Below are positions 38,806 to 47,601 of a stretch of 64,000 nucleotides of DNA, piece by piece. Under the pieces are notes generated by a model. That model saw only the letters and a program-made list of their open reading frames with translations, had not been told where the DNA came from and did not search any database. Source of the DNA: an uncultured candidatus Porisulfidus sp. (GTDB taxonomy: Bacteria; Pseudomonadota; Gammaproteobacteria; Poriferisulfidales; Poriferisulfidaceae); contig OZ220694.1 in NCBI GenBank assembly GCA_965116525.1, forward strand, positions 758,702 through 822,701. The letters run 5' to 3'. Each line of letters begins with the position of its first letter. The first letter of the stretch is position 1. The translations under genes were made by a program, and so were the position numbers.

Positions 38806-40587
38806 GTGTGTGGAATCGCGGGAGAAAGGCATTTCAAGGGGCTGGCCGACCCCGCCCGCATCGCCCGCATGCTCGGCCCCCTGGCCCGGCGCGGGCCTGA
38901 TCACGAGGGCCAGTGGCATCAGGGCCCGGTCGCCCTGGGGCACCGGCGCCTGTCGGTCATCGACCTGAATCCCCGCGCGCACCAGCCGCTGCTGGATCCC
39001 GATTCCGGGCGGGTCCTGGTGTTCAACGGCTGCATCTACAACTACCCGCAGTTGCGAACGCTGCTCCAGGAGCGCGGCCACCACTTTCGGACCACGGGGG
39101 ACAGCGAAGTCATCCTGAAAGCCTATGACGAATGGGGCGAAGACTGCGTCAGACGCCTGCACGGCATGTTCGCCTTCTCCTTGTGGGATCCGGATGCGGA
39201 GCAACTGTTCCTAGCCCGAGATCGGCTGGGCATCAAGCCGCTCTACTACCACCAGACCCCCGACACCTTCCGTTTTGCCTCCAACGTGCAGGCGCTGCTC
39301 GCCACCGGAGACGTCGACCTTGCGCTCGACGGAGTCGCCCTGCACCATCACCTGAGCCTGCACGCGGTCGTCCCGGCGCCCCGCACCCTGCTGCGCTCCA
39401 TCCGCAAGCTCGCGCCGGGCCACTGCCTGACGGTTGATGCGCATGGCACGGTGAAAGAGAGCGGTTACTGGCAACTGGATGCGCGCAATCCGGATCCCGC
39501 GCGCAGTGAAGAGGAATGGTTGGAACAGGTACACATCGAGCTTCGGGAGGCCGTGCGCAAGCGGGTGGAAGTTTCCGACATCCCGGTCGGCGTGCTGCTG
39601 TCCGGCGGCCTGGATTCCAGCCTGCTGGTGGCCCTGCTGGCCGAGCATGGTGCCTCGCCTATTCGCACCTACAGCATCGGCTTCGAGGATGCGGGCGGGG
39701 AAGCCGGAAACGAATTCGATTACTCGGATGCGGTCGCCCGGCACTACGCCACCGAACATCACCGCTATTTCATCCGCAACGATCAGTTACTGGAGCGTCT
39801 GGATGAAGCCATCGGCTGCATGAGCGAACCCATGGTGGCGCAGGACGCGGCGGCATTCTTCCTTCTGGCCGAACAGGTCAAGCCGGACATCTCGGTCGTA
39901 CAGAGCGGACAAGGAGCGGACGAAGTCTTCGCGGGTTATTCCTGGTATCCGAAGATGCACGAGAGGCAAGCGGACGGGCTGGATGCCTTCTGCCGCTATT
40001 ACCTGGATCGCACCCACGGCGAATTCGGCGAGGCGCTAATGCCCGAATGGGTTGGCGAAGATCATACCCGGGCATTGCTCTGCGAACGGCTGGAATGCGG
40101 CGAGGATGTCGAATTCCTGAATGCCGTGCTGCGCATGGATGCAACCATGCTGATCACCGACGACCCGGTCAAGCGGGTCGATAACATGACCATGGCATGG
40201 GGGCTCGAGGCGCGCGTGCCGTATCTCGACCATCAATTGGTGGAGTGCGTTGCCGGGATGCCGGCGGAACTGAAACTGCGCGACGGCGGCAAGTACCCGT
40301 TGCGCGCCCTGGCCCGAACGCGACTGCCAGCGGAAGTGATCGACCGGCCGAAAGGATACTTCCCGGTGCCTGCCCTCAAGTATGTACAAGGACCTTTCCT
40401 GGACTGGGCGCGAGAAACCTTGAGCCAGCCCGAATGCCGGAGTCGCGGGCTGTTTCGGGAGGAATACCTGGACCGGCTGCTTCAGGATCCCCTGAGCCAC
40501 CGGACTGCACTGGACGGCAGCCTCCTATGGCATGCGGCAGCGCTGGAGTGCTGGCTGCAGCAACACGTGGACGGAATCAATCCCTGA
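38806..40587 (+). CDS. Glutamine-hydrolysing asparagine synthase family amidotransferase (AsnB/AsnO-like)
   Basis: N-terminal MCGIAG with the Cys2 nucleophile, a class II glutamine amidotransferase domain, and the PP-loop SGGLDSS in the synthetase domain. Length is 593 aa. Confidence 0.8.
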   Translation: MCGIAGERHFKGLADPARIARMLGPLARRGPDHEGQWHQGPVALGHRRLSVIDLNPRAHQPLLDPDSGRVLVFNGCIYNYPQLRTLLQERGHHFRTTGDSEVILKAYDEWGEDCVRRLHGMFAFSLWDPDAEQLFLARDRLGIKPLYYHQTPDTFRFASNVQALLATGDVDLALDGVALHHHLSLHAVVPAPRTLLRSIRKLAPGHCLTVDAHGTVKESGYWQLDARNPDPARSEEEWLEQVHIELREAVRKRVEVSDIPVGVLLSGGLDSSLLVALLAEHGASPIRTYSIGFEDAGGEAGNEFDYSDAVARHYATEHHRYFIRNDQLLERLDEAIGCMSEPMVAQDAAAFFLLAEQVKPDISVVQSGQGADEVFAGYSWYPKMHERQADGLDAFCRYYLDRTHGEFGEALMPEWVGEDHTRALLCERLECGEDVEFLNAVLRMDATMLITDDPVKRVDNMTMAWGLEARVPYLDHQLVECVAGMPAELKLRDGGKYPLRALARTRLPAEVIDRPKGYFPVPALKYVQGPFLDWARETLSQPECRSRGLFREEYLDRLLQDPLSHRTALDGSLLWHAAALECWLQQHVDGINP

Positions 40588-40605
40588 CCAGACCCAAGCT
40601 ACCCG

Positions 40606-41100
40606 TCAAGCCGGATTTTTCGGGGTGTCCACCTCGCGCAGGGTGCAGACGGCAGGGCCCAAGTCCCGCCAGGAGCCGCAGTCCACATCCAGACGCACCA
40701 CCGCACAGGTCGGGAGGTCTCCCAGAATTTCATTGGCCAGATACTCGGCAACCCCGCTGGTCGCAGGGTTGTGGCTGAAGACCGCGACCCGGTCAGCGGC
40801 ATCGTCCAGTTCGCGCAATTCGCGCAGCAGGTCATTAGGCGAGAAGGTGTAGAAGCCTTTCCGCAGACGGATGTCCTCCGGATCCATCCCTAGGGCTGAA
40901 GCGAAATGGCCTGCGGTGTCTAGCGCCCGGCGCGCAACCGAACTGTACAGGGCGTCGATGCCCTCTTGACGATCCGCCAGCCGTCGCCCCATTTCCGGCG
41001 CATCCCGCTCCCCTCGCGGGGCGAGCGGGCATTCGACATCCGGCATACTCCGATCACTGCGATCGGACTTGGCGTGGCGGATGAGAATCAGTTGGCGCAC
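40606..41100 (-). CDS. Histidine-phosphatase superfamily protein (SixA-like phosphohistidine phosphatase)
   Basis: 164-aa protein whose N-terminus LILIRHAKS carries the catalytic RHA/G motif, with a later FSHNP (catalytic His) block. Confidence 0.6.
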   Translation of the reverse strand: MRQLILIRHAKSDRSDRSMPDVECPLAPRGERDAPEMGRRLADRQEGIDALYSSVARRALDTAGHFASALGMDPEDIRLRKGFYTFSPNDLLRELRELDDAADRVAVFSHNPATSGVAEYLANEILGDLPTCAVVRLDVDCGSWRDLGPAVCTLREVDTPKNPA

Positions 41101-41160
41101 AGGAACAAAATCTAGATTAATGACGGCTCATCATACAAGCACGATGGTACGGTTGGATGC

Positions 41161-42012
41161 TCAACGCAGATCACTGGCCAAAGTCGCCAGCACCTGGTCA
41201 CAAGCGACTAGCCCCCACAGATGCCCGACCTTCGGAATGATCGTCAGATAGGAACCGGGGAACATGCGCGAGTAAATAAACGCGGCTTTCGGCACGATCA
41301 CCTTGTCCTCCGCCCCGTGCCAGATCCGCACCGGCGCATCCAGCGCGATCGGCGAAGGAGGGCTTTCGCGATAAAAGTTTCTCGCTTCGAGAGCGGTCGC
41401 GCGCCCACTCCAAAGGACCCCGGCAATGCCCTTGGTGAGGCACCGGCGGATTTCCCGGTCTTTCATAGTCTGTCGATCGCTGTGATTGAGGCCCGGCCCA
41501 ATCAGGAGCCGGGAAAAATTAGGTGCAACGACTGCAGGAATCGCGATCGCCAGAAACATCAATTGAGCTATCGGAATGCTGGCATTGGCCAGTTTCATCA
41601 ACGCCCGGTGCCCCGGACCGGGTTGCACGCCCTGCACGTGCGCGCTGACCAGAGTCAAGGCCCGAATGCGATGCGGCACCTGCCTGGCTGCTTCTGCCGT
41701 ATAGGGACCTCCCCCGGAAAAACCGAATACCGCGAACTTCTCCACCCCGAGATAATCCAGCAACGCCATGGCATCCTCGACATGTCCCGCAATGCTGTGA
41801 TCGGGGCGGTCCTCCGAATCCCCAACCCCTGCCCGGTCCGGTACGACCATGCGGAGTCCATGCTTGCGGGCCGAAGCATCGGCGAGCGAGAAGATATGCC
41901 GGGTTCCCGGCGTGCCGTGCATACCCAGGACCGGGATGCCGTCGGAGTCCCCGTATTCGGCATAGGCCAGCATCCGCCCGTCCGGCAGCCTCATGCTTAA
42001 ATTTTCATTCAT
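41161..42012 (-). CDS. Alpha/beta-fold hydrolase
   Basis: 283-aa protein with the nucleophile elbow GFSGG and a C-terminal catalytic His (GHLW). Confidence 0.7.
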   Translation of the reverse strand: MNENLSMRLPDGRMLAYAEYGDSDGIPVLGMHGTPGTRHIFSLADASARKHGLRMVVPDRAGVGDSEDRPDHSIAGHVEDAMALLDYLGVEKFAVFGFSGGGPYTAEAARQVPHRIRALTLVSAHVQGVQPGPGHRALMKLANASIPIAQLMFLAIAIPAVVAPNFSRLLIGPGLNHSDRQTMKDREIRRCLTKGIAGVLWSGRATALEARNFYRESPPSPIALDAPVRIWHGAEDKVIVPKAAFIYSRMFPGSYLTIIPKVGHLWGLVACDQVLATLASDLR

Positions 42013-43069
42013 GGCCGGCCAAACACTCCAGATATTTCTTGATCGGCTGGGCGACCGGTTCGATCCGTCGGCGCATGACCGACCCTACTGCATCGCTCAC
42101 GCCGAAAATCGGGTCCAATAACCGCTCCCCGACCCGGGCCAGGCACAGCACAGAACGGCGGAATTCGGAGAAGTCCGGGTTCTTCTCCCACGAAGCCTGA
42201 GCCGGAAAAGCATCAGCGTCTCCTTCGAGTTCGCCCAATGTCCGGAACGATGCATCCGCTCCGGGCAGGGAAAACCCCCGCCCGACCGCATTCAGCAAGG
42301 CGACCACCACGTCCTGGTTGGGCGGGCGCGCAAGCGCCTTTTGGGCGGCCGCGAGAAAACCCTGCCCGGATGCATCGAGAGCCCATAGCAGGCGTTGCGC
42401 AAGGGGGCCTTCCGCGTCCGGGCCGATCCCTGCCCGGACCTCTTCCAGTTTCGGATGCGGCGGGTATGCTTCCGGCAAGCATTCGGCACCTGCCGACAGA
42501 AAACCGACCATATAGGCAGACTGGCGCTGAGCACGCTGCCACAAGGCAGACCGCTGTTCCTCCGTCAACGACGGGTGACGCAGCAGACGCTGCAGCGATG
42601 CAATGATGTCGCCGGGCCGCTCCTCGAACGGCAGGAACTCAAGGAGAAACTCCACCAGCGTCGCGCCCAGCGCACTGTCGGCAACAGCCGGGCTGTCCAG
42701 CATTCGGCGGGCGTGCTCGGAATTCGGTTCCACCCACCAGGCCCGTCGCGCGAGCTCCTCCGTCAGCCCCGGCGCATGGACCACCGCCGCCACCGCTTCC
42801 GGTTCGCCCAGCAACAACAATCGCTCCAGCGAGCCGTCGTCGCGCGCCTGACCCATCCGGGTCCAGCGACGGATGTACAGCGGGTAACCGCCCGGAGAGC
42901 CCAGGATCCGGGTGGACAACAAAGCGCGCACTTCGCGCAGGTAGGACTCCGGGCGCGTATTCGGGTGCAACGCCACCCGCGCTTCGCCCTGCTCGGTTAA
43001 GGCCTCCAGACGCATCCGTGATTCATCAATGCGCACCGCCTGCAACGGCTGGGTCAACAGCACGTTCAT
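42005..43069 (-). CDS. Hypothetical alpha-helical protein (354-416 aa; start uncertain)
   Basis: Long ORF co-directional with, and immediately downstream of, the VWA gene. No family was recognised. The internal start MNVLLTQPL (43069) avoids a 150-nt overlap with the VWA gene. Confidence 0.35.
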   Translation of the reverse strand: MNVLLTQPLQAVRIDESRMRLEALTEQGEARVALHPNTRPESYLREVRALLSTRILGSPGGYPLYIRRWTRMGQARDDGSLERLLLLGEPEAVAAVVHAPGLTEELARRAWWVEPNSEHARRMLDSPAVADSALGATLVEFLLEFLPFEERPGDIIASLQRLLRHPSLTEEQRSALWQRAQRQSAYMVGFLSAGAECLPEAYPPHPKLEEVRAGIGPDAEGPLAQRLLWALDASGQGFLAAAQKALARPPNQDVVVALLNAVGRGFSLPGADASFRTLGELEGDADAFPAQASWEKNPDFSEFRRSVLCLARVGERLLDPIFGVSDAVGSVMRRRIEPVAQPIKKYLECLAGHE

Positions 43070-43101
43070 ACGCAACAGGTCGGGTTCAGCCAGCACTGCG
43101 A

Positions 43102-44238
43102 TCAATTCAGCTGGATTCTCTCGCCCCACGGCACGGGTGCGCGGCCCTTGACCAGCCACAGCACCGGGTAAGGCGGCTCGGTATCCGGGTAACGGCCTTG
43201 GGCATCCGTGAAGTACAACAGCAGGTCTGGCATGCGGTCCTGGCGATTCACCCATTCGAAGACCGGGCGAAACGAAGTGCCGCCGCCGCCACTGACCTGG
43301 GTCGGCGCCTCCAGTGTCTCCCAGGGCTCAAACACTTTCGGGCCCCCCGAGGACAGTTCCTGGTCGCATGCCAGCAGCGTGATGCGGGCGCGCAAGGCTC
43401 CCTTGATCGCGTTGACCTCGCCGACGAATTCCGCGATCTCGGCATCCGAGACCGAACCGCTGACGTCCAGCGCGGCCACAAGATCGACTTCACGGCCGCG
43501 AAGGCTCGGGTAGATTGCGGGTCCTTCCCGGCGCGTGGACGTGCGCTGGTAACTGTAGTCGTCGCGTGCCAGTGCGCCGGTATGGCGGGCGAGCAGTTGC
43601 CGCCACGGCAAACGCGGGATCAGTTGCGGGGAAAAATGCCGCTCGAAGCTCTCGGACAGCCGCCCGGCCTGCCGGGTCGCATCCAGAGCGCGTGAAACCC
43701 GGGCCTGCCAAGTAGCCGCCATGGCGTTCTGCTTCGCCGAACTGAGGGGGCGGGGTCCGGCCGCTGGATCCTCGCGGCCCGACGAATCACTGTACATATG
43801 CAGGTCCTGAGTCCGCTTGTCCTCCATTTCGTCGAGACAGGGGTAGATTTCCTCCGCAGTGAGATCCGAGAACTTCGGTTCGTACAAGGCACCCTGGGGG
43901 AGCATCATGTCCTCGGCGACCAGCAGGCAATTCACCGCATAGTCGCAGGCGACATCCCAGCGTCCCCGGACTCGATGGCCTTTCCGGTGCAGGTGCAGCA
44001 GCGCGCAGTGAAGGGCCTCGTGACAGAGCACCGACTGGACTTCCTCACCGGTCAGGCGGTCGATATAGGCAGGGTTGTAGTAGAAATTCTGCGTATCGGT
44101 CGCCGTGGTCCGGCACCAGTCCTCCCCTTCCACCAGCGGCAACTGTAAAACCAAGGCGCCGAGAAAAGGCCGGTCCAAGACCAACCGGGTGCGGGCCTGC
44201 GCCAGTCGGGTCTTCGCGTCGCGCGCCGCGGGCATCAA
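43102..44238 (-). CDS. VWA-domain protein with N-terminal DUF2201 putative metallopeptidase-like domain (MoxR partner)
   Basis: 378-aa protein. The N-terminal region has an HExxH-like motif (LCHEALHCALLH). The C-terminal region is VWA-like with a MIDAS-type DxSGS motif (LDVSGSVSD). It has a 4-nt overlap with the upstream AAA+ gene. Confidence 0.65.
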   Translation of the reverse strand: MMPAARDAKTRLAQARTRLVLDRPFLGALVLQLPLVEGEDWCRTTATDTQNFYYNPAYIDRLTGEEVQSVLCHEALHCALLHLHRKGHRVRGRWDVACDYAVNCLLVAEDMMLPQGALYEPKFSDLTAEEIYPCLDEMEDKRTQDLHMYSDSSGREDPAAGPRPLSSAKQNAMAATWQARVSRALDATRQAGRLSESFERHFSPQLIPRLPWRQLLARHTGALARDDYSYQRTSTRREGPAIYPSLRGREVDLVAALDVSGSVSDAEIAEFVGEVNAIKGALRARITLLACDQELSSGGPKVFEPWETLEAPTQVSGGGGTSFRPVFEWVNRQDRMPDLLLYFTDAQGRYPDTEPPYPVLWLVKGRAPVPWGERIQLN

Positions 44239-45281
44239 TCGTAAACCAGCAGCTCCGCGACCTGATCCGCCCAGGGCTTGAATTCCGGCGCGCTGAACAC
44301 CGGCTCTTCCCCGACCCCGCGCAACAGGTCGCAGACCAGCATGACGCCGATCTCGCGTTGCGGAAACCGTCCGGCGTAAGTCAGGACCGGACCCAACACC
44401 CCATCGAGCTTCGACTCCTTCTTAGCGCGCACTGCTCGGCCGACCAGTGCGGCAGCCACGGCGTACTGCAGATCCACCGATTCCGGAATGGTCGTGTCCT
44501 TGCCTGCCAACACGTCGTCCAGGTCCGGCAATTCCGCGGCGTGCTGAACGAAGGCATTCAACTGCATCCCCGCGGCCGGTCCCACACAGGCCTGAAGCGC
44601 TTCACCCAGCACCGAGGGGTCGGATTCGAACTTGTGCAGCGCCCGGTGCGCGAACTCCCAGGATCGCGGGGTGGGAAACGCGCTGGGATTGTGCTCGGCG
44701 TCGAAGTCGAACAGAAGTTCCGGGCGCAGCCGCAGAAAACCGATCACCCGATCGTCAATCCCCTCTCCGTAGGCCCATTGCACCCAGTCGTCCAAGTGTA
44801 CGTCGAGCTCAAAGTGCGAGAATCGGTTGGCAAGCGGCGAAGGCATCACATAGGTCACGCCGCGGTCGCCCTGCCGATTGCCGGCCGCAAAGATGGCCCA
44901 ACCGTCCGGCACCTGGTAATGACCGAGCCGCCGGTCCAGAATCAACTGGTAGGCGGCCGCGGAAACAGTCGGCGCAGCCGAAGTGATTTCGTCCAGAAAC
45001 AGGATTCCGTTCGGTCCGTGGCGGTCCACATTCGGCAGCATGGCCGGAATCGCCCAATCCACCGTGTCGTCCACGCGAAAAGGTATGCCGCGCAAGTCGC
45101 TCGGCTCCATCTGCGACAGGCGGATATCAATCATCGGCGCCGTATGACGGTCGGCGACCTGCGCCACGATCTGCGACTTGCCCACGCCGGGTGGCCCCCA
45201 GATCATGGCCGGCGTGTGGTGTCCCTTAGCCGCGCTTCGGAACTCCTCTTCCAGTACTCGGGCCAGTTGAGACGGACGCAT
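44235..45281 (-). CDS. MoxR-like AAA+ ATPase (AAA_5 family)
   Basis: 348-aa protein with Walker A (GPPGVGKS), Walker B (ILFLDEI) and sensor regions. The architecture is typical of MoxR/CbbQ-type ATPases. Confidence 0.8.
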   Translation of the reverse strand: MRPSQLARVLEEEFRSAAKGHHTPAMIWGPPGVGKSQIVAQVADRHTAPMIDIRLSQMEPSDLRGIPFRVDDTVDWAIPAMLPNVDRHGPNGILFLDEITSAAPTVSAAAYQLILDRRLGHYQVPDGWAIFAAGNRQGDRGVTYVMPSPLANRFSHFELDVHLDDWVQWAYGEGIDDRVIGFLRLRPELLFDFDAEHNPSAFPTPRSWEFAHRALHKFESDPSVLGEALQACVGPAAGMQLNAFVQHAAELPDLDDVLAGKDTTIPESVDLQYAVAAALVGRAVRAKKESKLDGVLGPVLTYAGRFPQREIGVMLVCDLLRGVGEEPVFSAPEFKPWADQVAELLVYD

Positions 45282-45287
45282 ACGCGA

Positions 45288-45713
45288 TCAGAACCCGGCT
45301 TGCTTGTACAAGGCGCGGGCGCGCTCCACGTCTTGCGGCACTAGCGTCCCTTCCTCGTACATCATGGCCAACGTAGTCAGCGAGCCGGCCAAGCCCTGAG
45401 CCGCCGCCTTTTCGTACCAGTACACGGCCTTTTCTCCGTCCTGCTCAACGCATTCGCCTTCCATGTACATGAACCCCAACCCGTGTTGCGCCAGCGCCAG
45501 ACCTGCCTCGGCCGCCGCAGTCATCCAGATCAAAGCCCGTTCGGCATCTACCACGCACCCCAATCCATTCTGGTACATAATCGCGCATCGGTACTGAGCC
45601 TCCGGGTCTCCCGCCTCGGCCAGCGGCGTCAACAACTGCAGAGCGCGCGCAAACTGCTTGGACGCGAACGCCGAGATGCCGCTTTCCAGGCTCAGTTGAG
45701 TCGATTCATCCAT
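45288..45713 (-). CDS. Sel1-repeat (TPR-like) protein
   Basis: Three or four Sel1 repeats (AQYRCAIMYQNGLGCVVDAERALIWMTAAAEAG..., AQHGLGFMYMEGECVEQDGEKAVYWYEKAAAQG...). Confidence 0.6.
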   Translation of the reverse strand: MDESTQLSLESGISAFASKQFARALQLLTPLAEAGDPEAQYRCAIMYQNGLGCVVDAERALIWMTAAAEAGLALAQHGLGFMYMEGECVEQDGEKAVYWYEKAAAQGLAGSLTTLAMMYEEGTLVPQDVERARALYKQAGF

Positions 45714-45718
45714 GGCCG

Positions 45719-46813
45719 TCACGAACCCGCTTCGAAACGCGCCCGCGCCCGGCCACTGTCGATGGCCTCGCAAACGCTTGGGTAATGCCGCCGGATATCC
45801 CGGCTTCCGTCAAGATGCGCCAGAATCATCGCTGCCGCGTACTGCAGGCTGTCTTTCGCCGGCCCGGCCTGTCCGGCCAATGCCTCAAACCCGACCTCGG
45901 CGGCCGCCTGCGCCACCTGCTCCCCTGACAGGTCGGCATCCGGCAGGGGCACCGCGCGGCTGTCATGCGTGAAATCCAGATCGTCGGCGTGGAAGTCCCA
46001 CTCCGACTCTTCCTCGTCCCCATGGAACCCGAACGCCTTCCCGGCCTGCTTGAGCGAGGGGAACACGCCACCCTCCACGCCGCGCACGATCAGTGCGGAA
46101 GAAAACCCTGCGGCACGGGCCAGATGCGCATACACCGGCGGGTAGGGCTTGTGCACATAGCCGGTGACCAAATGGGTGGCGTCGCGGCCGCGCACCGGCG
46201 CGAGCAGCACTTCCACCGTCGTCAGCACCGGACGCTTGACGATGCGGGTGCGGAGTTCCAGCAACTGGTGCAAGGCAGGACAGAATTGCGACTGGTCCAC
46301 GTAGCTCCAGCCGCACTCGGCATCCCCCACCCGTGCAGCCGCTTCCGCGGTCGTGCGGTCCACGTTCGCGCCGCAGGCCCGCAGGATCTGTCGCGGCGTC
46401 ACCCCGAACTTCGGGCCGACCGCCTCGGCGCCATGGCAGATCGCCGGCACCCCGCAGGCGCTCAGCACGGCCGGCAGGAACGCTCCGACCGGCAGCCCGC
46501 GCACGAAACCGTCATACGGTTCCGCCACATCCACAACCTGCGCAACATCCGCCACGACCGATTCGGTGTGGTCGCGAAGCGCCTCCAGCGAACCGGTGTT
46601 TTCTTCCAGAGTCTCCCGCTTCATGCGCAACGCAATGAAGAAGATCCCCGCCTGTACCGGGTCCGCCTGACCGTCCAGAATCAGGTTTAATGCCGCTCGC
46701 GCCTCTTCTTGCGGGAGATCCTTGCTGTACTCGGGCCCGGTCGCAATACGCTGCAGAACGCTGCGCATGAAGGCTTGCGGTTCAGTCTGCACGACGGAGG
46801 CCAGATCGCTCAT
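45719..46813 (-). CDS. TrpD2 / YbiB-like (anthranilate phosphoribosyltransferase-fold) protein
   Basis: 364-aa protein with a helical N-domain and a Gly-rich nucleotide-binding-like region (GIFFIALRMKRET...) resembling the TrpD/YbiB glycosyltransferase family 3 fold. Confidence 0.5.
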   Translation of the reverse strand: MSDLASVVQTEPQAFMRSVLQRIATGPEYSKDLPQEEARAALNLILDGQADPVQAGIFFIALRMKRETLEENTGSLEALRDHTESVVADVAQVVDVAEPYDGFVRGLPVGAFLPAVLSACGVPAICHGAEAVGPKFGVTPRQILRACGANVDRTTAEAAARVGDAECGWSYVDQSQFCPALHQLLELRTRIVKRPVLTTVEVLLAPVRGRDATHLVTGYVHKPYPPVYAHLARAAGFSSALIVRGVEGGVFPSLKQAGKAFGFHGDEEESEWDFHADDLDFTHDSRAVPLPDADLSGEQVAQAAAEVGFEALAGQAGPAKDSLQYAAAMILAHLDGSRDIRRHYPSVCEAIDSGRARARFEAGS

Positions 46814-46825
46814 CGGTTCTCAAAA

Positions 46826-46899
46826 TGGAGCGGGTGAAGGGAATCGAACCCTCGTTATCAGCTTGGGAAGCTGAAGTTCTACCATTGAACTACACCCGC
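46826..46899 (-). tRNA. tRNA-Gly (anticodon CCC)
   Basis: The reverse complement is GCGGGTGTAGTTCAATGGTAGAACTTCAGCTTCCCAAGCTGATAACGAGGGTTCGATTCCCTTCACCCGCTCCA. This forms a canonical cloverleaf with anticodon loop TTCCCAA, a T-loop GGTTCGATTCC, and a 3' CCA. Confidence 0.85.
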
Positions 46900-46977
46900 T
46901 TGAATTTCTATTCTACTTGCTGCCCTGCCCGCAAAGCACTCCTGTCAGACCGTGGCCGAAACGCACGGATGGGTGCT

Positions 46978-47601
46978 TCAGGGTTTGTCTTCCTCACCGC
47001 TTAGAAGACGGCGCAGGTTCTCTTGGTGCCGATAGACGATCACCGCGCCCAGAAGAAGGCCTGCCAACACGAGGTCCCAGCCCCGGTGCACCGCCCAAGC
47101 ATAGAGCGGCAAGGCGGCGGCAATGGCGATGGAAGCCGCCGAGACCCGTCGGTACAGCGCATAGCCAAGCAGCCAGGTCGCCAACCCCATGGCCAACAAT
47201 ACCGGATTCAATACCGCCATCATTCCGGCCAACGTCGCCACGCCCTTCCCGCCCCGAAAGCGGTAATAGACTGGCCACACGTGACCAATCACCACCATGA
47301 CGCCGGCCACCACGGCTGGCGTCGGCCAAGCAGGCGAAAGGGGCTCCCCGGCAACGTAAAGCGCCAGCGCCACGGCCAGTGCCCCCTTGCCGGCGTCTCC
47401 GGCCAAGGTGGCCACGGCCCATCTCCTGTTTTTGCTGACTCGAAGCATGTTGGTTGCGCCCGGATTGCCGGAACCCTCGGTCCGCGGGTCCGGCAGGCCG
47501 CAAGCCCTGCTTATAATCAAGGCGCTGTTGACCGCGCCGATCAGATAGCTGCCCAGCGCCACACCCAGCAGCATAAGTAGAAAGTGGACTTCAGCACTCA
47601 T
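46978..47601 (-). CDS. plsY: Glycerol-3-phosphate acyltransferase PlsY
   Basis: Conserved LPDPRTEGSGNPGATN and GGKGVAT motifs in a multi-TM protein. The start is taken at MSAEVH; the alternative upstream ATG is at 47619. Confidence 0.8.
   Translation of the reverse strand: MSAEVHFLLMLLGVALGSYLIGAVNSALIISRACGLPDPRTEGSGNPGATNMLRVSKNRRWAVATLAGDAGKGALAVALALYVAGEPLSPAWPTPAVVAGVMVVIGHVWPVYYRFRGGKGVATLAGMMAVLNPVLLAMGLATWLLGYALYRRVSAASIAIAAALPLYAWAVHRGWDLVLAGLLLGAVIVYRHQENLRRLLSGEEDKP

Noticed and set aside
46826-46899. Possibility that the tRNA-Gly flanks a classical integrase-mediated genomic island
   Set aside because: No integrase, recombinase or IS element was found in the window. I could not find a direct repeat of the tRNA 3' end at the distal side (about 40.6 kb) by eye. 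GC content of the cluster matches the backbone. The result is kept only as a positional observation within the MoxR-cluster finding.
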